From Pocillopora damicornis (lineage: Eukaryota): a DNA stretch of 64,000 nucleotides. Below, piece by piece: positions 36,301 through 64,000 of the stretch. Numbering within the stretch: position 1 is the stretch's first letter; each line of letters begins with the position of its first letter. Below the pieces are notes generated by a model that was not told the DNA's origin, made no database searches, and saw only the letters and a list, made by a program, of their open reading frames with translations. The stretch is from assembly GCF_003704095.1 (NCBI RefSeq), contig NW_020846723.1:186001-250000 (forward strand), in the 5' to 3' direction. The translations under genes and the position numbers were made by a program.

Positions 36301-39300
36301 TCCTGCAGAAACAACTCTTTTGCAAGCACACCAGGTAGGAGAAGTACTTACAGCCCAATACCGATCCAATGATGGTTCCCCGCACCGATTCCATGGAGTC
36401 CGATCGCACACGTCACCAAAACATTTACATAGTCTAGTAGATGTGCCAAAAAATCAGTCCTTTTTCAATGGCCAGAGCAACAATTGCAATGAAGCAGTAG
36501 AAATTGGATGCTCTAATGCGAAGATATCTCAGATGCACCATCAACAAACCCATCGTCATGCCGTGGCAGAACGCGAACACGACAAATTAGATGAAATAAC
36601 TATCGAGATGGTCTTTGCTCAAAAAGGCCAGTCGTCACGACAACCTCAGAATTTTGGCACTCTACAAGATAACGATGGATTACAGATAGGTGGTATGAAG
36701 AGTCAGAGTCTCAGAAAGGAAAGAAAAACTGGGAGACGAACTGTTTACAAAATCACAACTAAAAATGCTGTTGGCGTAGCAACTAACGTCAATCGATCCC
36801 AAAGAGAAAGACCATCTTTAGGAGAGCACAAAATCAAAATTCCAAGCCAGAAAAAAGAGGTTTACCCCGAATGTGATTTTGAAGCAGTCAGTCACCCAGT
36901 CACTAAAGCAAAGGCATTACCTGTGCATCTACGTGAAGAAGATTGCCTAACACCGCACATCAATCGAGGAACATTCCAAGATGAGCAAGCAAAGGAACGA
37001 GAAATGCCAATGAATGGCAGTCCTTCAAATTGCCACACTTTACAAGCGCCGGCAAAAAATTGGGCAACCAAACAAAGAGAAAAGCCAGGAAAAACTGTGA
37101 TGTTACTTGCTAAGCTGCTTGGAGAGGGAAAAGCCGCCTGAGATGTCATGATTATAATTGGAGCTTTTATTTTATGTTACCTTCCCCTATGGATCATGGC
37201 TTTGTACCGTTCCCTTGGTGGGTGGACTGCAGCGAAGACCACTCTATCAATCCATTACATATATTCCTTCAGCATGCTTTGTAATCCTATAATCTATTCT
37301 GTGAGAAAAAAAGGGTTTAGGAAAGCTCTGAAAAAGATGTTAAGACTGTGAAATTTATTTTCTTCGAAGGCTTAGTTGTAGCTAAGAAGACTATGCGTAT
37401 TTTTACTCTCTCAATACAGTAGTATAGTTTCAAACGACTCAAAATTGATGTAAGCGCCGTTATGAACGAAATGTTTTAAAAAAACAGCTAAGTCTACAGT
37501 ATCCCAGCAGTCTCGATAACAATTCGCACAATATGCAAGTTATATAATTATTTTATTGGTAAGGACGTGGTGTAGATCCGAGTGTTGTCCAAAGCATGAC
37601 ATTAGTTAATTTTTGCATGTTAATGACTAGTCAAGCAAATGGCGTAACACTGAAGTTTAATGAAAAATTGATACTGTTATTACTGTAGAAGAAGAAAGCA
37701 AACTGTATTGTGGCTTCAGTTGGCCGAGAGGGACGTAATCAGCACTAAAATTGTTTAGAAGTTCGGCCTGATTCATGTAAACACGTGTTGTTGATAGATA
37801 AGTAACTGAAGAGTAGAAATCTGAATACAGAAAATGAAATGCGTTATTTATGGCTTAAACAATGAGTGTTCTATGACTCTATTGCACCTATTCGTCAGTT
37901 AACATTTCGACATCATCTGGACTTAAAATTTCATCTTAGTGAAAGTCATGTGGTATTTGATTACAGACTTAATAGTTGACACACGAAGATGACCTAGTTA
38001 ACTCTTTAGACCCTAACATCCCTGACATAGGTATTCATTCTCTCCACACTGTTCTGTAACATTTCTTAAGGTACTAAATAATCAAACATATGATACAAAA
38101 AAATACACGGATAGTGGGAGGTTGACTTTCGCGGTTTGTTTACATCAAAAGTCACGTGACACTACACGTGAACTCAAAAGCCTAAAAGGTGAATTGTAAC
38201 TGCATTGTGACTTTGTTACTTATGCAGCTCTGAGTAACAGCGACCAAGTGTTTCAATATGTGCTGGACCGTCGAGTGGAAGGTGCATTGGTGGACGTACA
38301 CGGACTCAAGCATCACATAAATGCCCTCACTCAACACAATATTCAGGTAAATCAGTAGTTAATACGAATTCTCTGTCTGTTGTCTCTTGTCTGCTGTCTT
38401 GTCTTTCGTTATTTCCATCCTGTAAAGTAGGATAATTAACAATCCCAGTAGCCATCGTGAAAACGGTGAGGATTCGGTGGTTCAAATCTGTGTCGTTTTA
38501 AGTTAACACCAACTCTGATTCCTCAATCCTACCATAATTTGAGGTCCATTTCCTCGAAAAAAATTTAGGGAAATGCCAAATTTTTGCTCGATTAAAGTTT
38601 GATTTTTTTTTTTACATCATTGGTTAACGTGGCAACGCTACAGTCTCTTAAAATTAGCGCATTTAATTTTCAGCCTTATGCGTTCTTTAACTCACACGAA
38701 AAAGAGTTTGCTAACCCCCCACTTCGTTATTGAATTCCGATCTTTCTACAAAATTTTTAATACATCTGCGTAGAGGTTTAGAGACACCCCTGAAATTTGA
38801 GTTGATTTTAGGCAATTCGTTTTCTTGTTTCGCTGCAAAATTGCAAGATAGTTCCTCCCAAAAATAAGGCAGGCTTATTCTGCCGTGATCGAACCAAAAC
38901 TTTTACATATGATCACTGTCCTACAGGTTGGAAACATTCTAACGAGTCACGTTTCATATGGAGCGATCCTTGCACGCAACTCGACAGATTTTTTGAAATG
39001 CTTCAATGAATACGTTCAAACGGAAGAGCAATGGCTTTACAACATTCTGGCCGAAAATACCGGAACCACACAGGTAGGTTTGACAAAGGAAGCGGCAACT
39101 ATATTTTAAACAAAAGAGATTATTACATGGCAAGGAAGTCTTGAGGTAAATCCATACGTCCTTATTGGTTCCTACTTGGTCGGGATTTCGGCACATGGAT
39201 CGATTCCAAGGAAACGGCTACAAGCCGTGAAATTTTGTACTCGAAAGTCAGCAAATTCCACACAAATAGGTTTGGTCTAGGTACCATTTAATAAACTACT

Positions 39301-40413
39301 CACTAACCTCGCTTATTAAAACCGTACCGGGGAATGTTGGCTCTCGCTTGTTTTTGTACAGACCTCGCCGTGCTCAGTCTGTATACTGCCACGACCTCAG
39401 GCCAATATTCCCTAGTAGAGCTCTCGCGCTAGGCTACAGCCCTTACGCTAAAACTTATTATTTCAATGAAAAGAGTACTGCACGCCTTTGGGTAGTGTAA
39501 TAAACCTTGGTGACAGTACTGGCAACTAATGAGGTACTTTTCTTGTTCAAAAGGAAAAGATAAGCGTTGCAGAAGATTACTTTGGAAGCGGAGGAATATT
39601 CAGCATAACAGTATATGGTGGGCTGGCCTTGTTTGTGGTGCTCATGGCTGCAGGGATTGGCTGGGAGGCATACAAGAAAAACAAAATGAAAAACAGCGGG
39701 AAAAGCGGAGGTAAGGAAAATCTCGTTCTGTTGTCTCTTCTGGCCCGATCCAGCTTAACTACTTTGAACGACACAAGGGAGAATTTATATAAATATTGAG
39801 CAGCAAATTAACAAATCGACAGTAGTTCAGCGTGATCTGTTGTCTTATCGACAACACTATTCTTCTACACAGTAGTCAAATTGCTGTGCGCCTCGTGAGT
39901 CCGTTACAAATTTGTCTTTGTCGATGAAAGGACAGACCACGCTTAACCACAGTCGATTTGTTTTTTACCACAATATCGACGTCAAACTAAAAGATCCTTT
40001 CAATGCGTGACCATTGCGTGAGACGCTGACGCGAGCAGATTTCTCTGTACTCTCATCGACAACGCCAAATTGGCCAATTAGAATGCGACATCACTGCCAA
40101 TTGTGGTAAAAATATTAAAACATATTCTTTCTCTCTACCATCAGCAAGCTCCATCACAGCACCCACAGCCATTGTACTGGAGGACATAGGGACCCACCCG
40201 ACCCCAAGGCTGTCATTTGGTCATGCACCTTCTGAGCAACTTGTCTCCAAACACAGCATGGAAATCATGAAGATGGACGAAGAGCTAAATAATTTCCGCC
40301 GGGACTGGCAGGAAAAACGTACGAAAATGCTTGAGCGACATCAGAGAGAACGAGCTGTTTCTGGCATGAATGGTGACACTAACAGTTCCCTAACACCTCT
40401 TAAAGGGAATTGA
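24319..40413 (+). CDS. GluR0/iGluR-like putative ligand-gated K+ channel, paralog B (8 exons, ~519 aa)
   Basis: Exons 24319-24870, 25391-25485, 31842-31998, 34002-34065, 38228-38346, 38927-39073, 39554-39710, 40145-40413; all GT-AG, 1560 nt in frame. LWWGQEPYIY..ISGMFPLIL..PGVAVLIKG; M1; FEGFWWAFITMTTVG|YGDLAPKT; M3; ISVVNHSEE..GALVD..YGAIL; M4; coiled-coil tail. Exon sizes 95/157/64 match paralog A. Confidence 0.88.
25923..26075. promoter_or_regulatory. Cluster of heat-shock-element and ARE/AP-1-like motifs (possibly an LTR remnant)
   Basis: TTCtaGAAcaTTC at 25924-25936 and TTCtaGAAacTTC at 26061-26073. TGAGTCAGCA at 26041-26050, TGACtaaGC at 26051-26059, TGCTGACTAA at 25999-26008. Confidence 0.35.
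26585..27126 (-). pseudogene. Inverted partial duplicate of the 28245 GPCR (upstream region plus first ~75 codons)
   Basis: The reverse complement closely matches ~27928-28470. ATG at 26809 reads MTTKMTDNIEDALFFCQTFQAGTFSL*, with TGG>TAG at codon 27. Confidence 0.9.
28245..29153 (+). CDS. Intronless class A 7TM GPCR nested in intron 2 of channel paralog B
   Basis: 302-aa ORF with SSLHPPSKILLRSL, AISVDRLFALSLGVRYRQIVT, PLNIARYRKTVSS, VCYLP and NSTLNPVLYCWKI. Confidence 0.93.
   Translation: MTTKMADNIEDALFFCQTFLTGTFSFWFLVAANIFLFITSTSSNILILIALHKSSSLHPPSKILLRSLAIADLCVGFVLEPVFVAYLMSVHYGNWKVCFPLVHLSAVVEMLSCVVSLLTMTAISVDRLFALSLGVRYRQIVTSKRVALAVLCLWTASICASASVYWTFDIIGYYSVTAFTLGLTVSTCCYAKIYQKLLHHQVQLQGSVPGRAAPLNIARYRKTVSSALWVYFTLVVCYLPAGIVTGLVVIHPGETRAPNLLLAWVMTFTLSFLNSTLNPVLYCWKITELRTTVKATVRQMYR
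30565..30790 (+). mobile_element. Penelope-like element 3' end / pLTR with minimal hammerhead-like motif
   Basis: ggtatcaacgagcgcttt (GINERF) tail followed by gctCTGACGAagggctaacgctcGAAAagtcagc. It is an inverted homolog of ~32480-32690. Confidence 0.75.
31255..31345 (-). mobile_element. Degenerate pLTR of a second Penelope-like family
   Basis: Minus strand reads actCTGATGAtgactgccgctcaggttattaaagcgtcagtcac..aacagtccttttcaggactactctcac, a decayed hammerhead-type core. Confidence 0.45.
32440..33165 (-). mobile_element. Penelope-like retroelement fragment with GIY-YIG endonuclease
   Basis: Minus-strand pieces GTFKCARSRCKTCSFIHNVEKIS, YCITYTYCKKLYIGETGRR and FQIGTLNPHGINERFSFN*, then a pLTR with ggctCTGACGAgagggtttacgctcGAAGcgtcagc. 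Confidence 0.85.
33220..33440 (+). mobile_element. Penelope-like RT-endonuclease linker fragment, inverted relative to 32440-33165
   Basis: DRIPFTLKFHPHNHAVKCIILKNFRLLQND..FKRDKNVGNFLLRSS*QTNDQPGTF; its distal half is homologous to the reverse complement of ~33065-33165. Confidence 0.7.
35395..37351 (+). pseudogene. Intronless class A GPCR (amine-receptor/GPR161-like, very long IL3), disrupted; nested in intron 4 of channel paralog B
   Basis: ORFs 35480..36295, 36320..37141 and 37148..37351 are one frame broken by TGA at 36293 and 37139. Motifs GN, LALSDL, WPFGTTWC, ISHERY, GW..C, KAA*DVMIIIGAFILCYLP, NPIIY. A probable 1-nt frameshift near 35444 cuts off the N-terminus MMKKTSSASNETSSGNL. Confidence 0.85.
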
Positions 40414-41259
40414 GTTTACTGTATGACTTCTAGATGAGCTCACATTGTAACTTCTCTCCGAGTTATCATTACACCGTAGGGCAGACAGGTGACGAAAACT
40501 TGAAATTTAAATCTAATACTGTCTTGATGTACTCCTAAATTCTCAAAACATAAGCAGCAGCTGTTATATGGCAGTTAGAAAGGAAAACAATGTTCCTTTA
40601 CCTTAGGACTAATGGAATTAAGGTTGCATAGCAAAATATAGATGCTTGGTATGATTTCAGGACATCAAGTTTTTGTTCTCGACTGAGTTAAAAATTTCGT
40701 TATCACTGAAGAGCCGTTTTGGAAGATTTCACAGTTTTGATGCTCGATAACTTTCATCGCACCAACTTTATACTTAATTACAACCGGGCATATTCCTTCC
40801 CTCTAATGATTCCGAATCGAGGCGGGCCAAAAAAAGAAAAAACAAAAACGAAATGAAACATCTGAAGTACCTCATCCGACAATTTTCCCGTATACTGAAA
40901 GAAATAAACCTGTTTTAGTATCTTTGTGGTATATACTAAGACAATTATTCACTTCAGTGTAGGTGAAAGCAGTGAATATTAACCTTGCCTCTTCGAAACT
41001 CGGTAAAAATCCATCATCATTCACCTCCACTTCGGTGAATATTTGTTAAATATTCGTAGCTATGGAATCGTTTGCACGTTTTGTTGATAAGATCTTATAT
41101 AAAACAAGACCTCACCGAGACAAAGCTTAAACTATGACATTTCTATTTGGTAGAAAATATTGCTTTTATCGCCCGCTTATTGGCTGGCGGATACCATTAC
41201 CTGATGGGAAATCATTTAGGTGAACGAGGTGGCCATTCCAGAAAACGCGCAAGTGTGAA

Positions 41260-41400
41260 AACATTTGGTTCAACCTTTGCAACATCTTTAAACAACGTTT
41301 TTAACTAATGATGCAAGACTAAAAAGAAAAGAATGGAAATTGCGCCTGGACAGTTGAACCAAAGTCTCCAGAAGTTCTACGTATCGGCAACGAAGACAGC
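41260..41400 (+). mobile_element. Possible Crypton/DUF3504-like fragment
   Basis: MEIAPGQLNQSLQKFYVSATKT resembles the L..L.KF...RK segment of Crypton-type tyrosine recombinases. The match is short. Confidence 0.3.
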
Positions 41401-42234
41401 AATAGTCACGATAGGTAGCCTAGGAGACTGTTTCACAGAGATCCTCCTACACAATGTTGGTCACATAAAATTTTTCTTTAATCCTTGCATGTGAATTATA
41501 CTTGGTTAGGTTAGTTTCAAGGTCAGTCGTCTTACTTTTAATTTGTCACTAAGAGCCGCTTAAGTTATCATCAAATAAAGAATAAAGTTAGCTGTTTCTT
41601 ACAGAACCCACTTGTCTTGATTCCGTTCTGTGCTATACAATGTCTCAACTCCCAGTGAGGGACTGGACCGATAGTCAACACTTCTACTCTGCCTTCGAAA
41701 ATTCTCTGTCAAAAACGCTGTCACGAATCAAAGAAAGAGAGTACGGCCAAAGGGTTGGAGTAGATTTGTCACATATAAAAATATCATGGAACTGGCCCCA
41801 CGTTTGTCATTATTTTAACATAAGGATGGGAAAATCGCCAATAAGGAAAGCGACTTAAAACACGTTCGTGTGGTTTTTATTGCATACAAGATTTCATTAT
41901 GAGCCGTCATAACATAAGTAAACGCATTATTTTAATTTGATATTCTCAAAAAAGATGCGTGAGAGAGAACATTGATACCAACAAGATACCACATTACACG
42001 TAAAGTACACAAGCTTTGAAAGCATTTTACTGAAATGAACTTTTCCCGAAGTCAATCTAAAAACTGCCGCGCAAAAAAGGTCTTTACAACTGTACAAATT
42101 GTAACGTCAGCACGTCAATTGAGCCACTGACTAAATCCTTTGATAATTATTTATTAATGTGAAACAAGAGAATTCTTCCTCACACTAAAAAAAAACATAA
42201 TCGGTGTTTTTTTAAAAAGACGGCTATGCATTCC

Positions 42235-62624
<20,390 letters not shown>

Positions 62625-64000
62625 TCTTTCTTCTTCCACTTTGCAGTTTGAAATCTTGGGACGACTTTTCGACGAGCGAGTCCCCGTTACTACTTTAATG
62701 TGTTTACTAGCTATGCGGCCAATTGCGCCCCAAAATCCCGAGCCGGGAAACACGGCGATTATTTCTTATTGCATCGACAGTTTCACAACCTAACGACAAA
62801 GTGTGTGATCGTCAATCGCAATGGAAAGAAAAGTATCTAAATTCTACCGCTACAACTACTTCTCGTCCTCCATTGTGACATTTGGCTTAGGCTAACTGCA
62901 AAGAGTTGTGGGTAAAGAGACTGCGCAGTTTGGGCCATACCTCTCCCCATTCCACTGAAAAGTACATACATGCATTCTGGTGAGTGTGTCGAGTACATGT
63001 CAGGCAGGAAATGCTTATGACATAAAATATTAACTTACTCAAGTGCTAAGGAGTTTCCTCTCTGTTTTATGAGCAAAAAAGGGAGCCTAATTGGCGCCAG
63101 GCAAGAATCCAAAGTGTTCATAAAGTTTTCGCAGCTTGAGAGACTTGCAGAGTTCCTGAGCCTAACTCGAAAGTTCCAACCATGCGATCTCTCATCGGTT
63201 CTACATGTATTTCAGATTTGGTTCTCAGAAATCAAATTCTGTGTTGTTGGTAGACTGCCTTTGAGAATTCCTGATCAGCTTAAGTGACCGAGAAAAGTGA
63301 CTTAAGGCTATTTCAGGAGGTAATCAAAGAAATACTTTTCGCATAATGCGCCGATCGCATTCGAAGATTTAACATTCCCCCCCTCTGCTCCAGGCAACGG
63401 ACGGGCATTGAATATTGTTTGTGTTCGGGAGCCTTACCTGGGTGGGGAATTTGAACTGAAACTGTCAAGTCTTTTCAGATGAATAAACATGTCTTATCTT
63501 TTAATACGGAAATGTTAAAAGGGGAAAAGTTCACTTTCGCAAGCAGGTGGTTCAGAAGAAAAGGTCTAAATGAAAATCACGGGCGAGTAGAGAGTTTTAG
63601 ATCCGCGTTTGTTTCTGAATACGTGTGACTAAAAACGTCTAGGAGTCACGTGACCAGACTTCAGCGGTCACGTTCGCTGTTTGTCGTACACGTTTGAACC
63701 TCGTGCAAGGCACCTTTGGGTAGTTGAACTCCCTCGACGCTTTTTTTTCTCCTTGTTCGAGAGTTCTCACGTATGCCCTATAAATATATGTAAGGTTAAG
63801 TCTTTTCTTTATAACCAATCTGTTTGGGACGCTAAAAAACCAATCTTTTAGCTACATTTTGTGTTTGGAATGAAGTACCTCTTACCTTTGTGTAACTCAA
63901 GATGGCGGTTCACATGTTGATTTTTTTTTTTAGGTGAAAGCCGACGTCGATCTGAACAGCTGAGTCTCGAAACTTTTAACTTCTAATCACAAACTGCTAA

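Noticed and set aside
36293-37141. Selenocysteine or programmed readthrough at two in-frame TGA codons
   Set aside because: The second TGA sits where Arg is expected (KAAR, CGA>TGA). There is also a probable 5' frameshift, and I could not identify a SECIS. Pseudogenisation is simpler.
17712-40413. Conventional Kv, KCNQ, Kir or K2P channel, or bacterial contamination
   Set aside because: There is no S4 voltage sensor, T1 domain or second pore, and the pore is flanked by S1/S2 binding-protein segments. The genes have conserved spliceosomal introns.

Overview
AT-rich eukaryotic genomic DNA with spliceosomal introns and two N-gaps. The repeat content and GPCR family suggest a cnidarian, probably a stony coral (inference). 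The window has three parts. (1) About 1-37 kb: a cluster of intronless class A GPCRs (4 intact, plus 4 broken or partial copies). (2) About 17.7-40.4 kb: a head-to-head pair of multi-exon paralogs that the ORF track shows only as fragments. Spliced by hand, each encodes signal peptide - S1 periplasmic-binding-protein lobe - M1 - pore loop with an intact K+ filter (TMTTVGYGD) - M3 - S2 lobe - M4 - conserved C-terminal coiled coil. They look like GluR0/AvGluR1-like candidate ligand-gated K+ channels with no amino-terminal domain and are the main finding. Two GPCR genes, an inverted GPCR duplication and Penelope-like elements with hammerhead-ribozyme motifs lie inside the introns of the plus-strand paralog. 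(3) About 42.2-62.6 kb: a complete USP7 gene with 42 coding exons on the minus strand. SINEs, MITEs, LINE fragments and tandem repeats are scattered throughout. Exon boundaries were read manually and no database searches were run.
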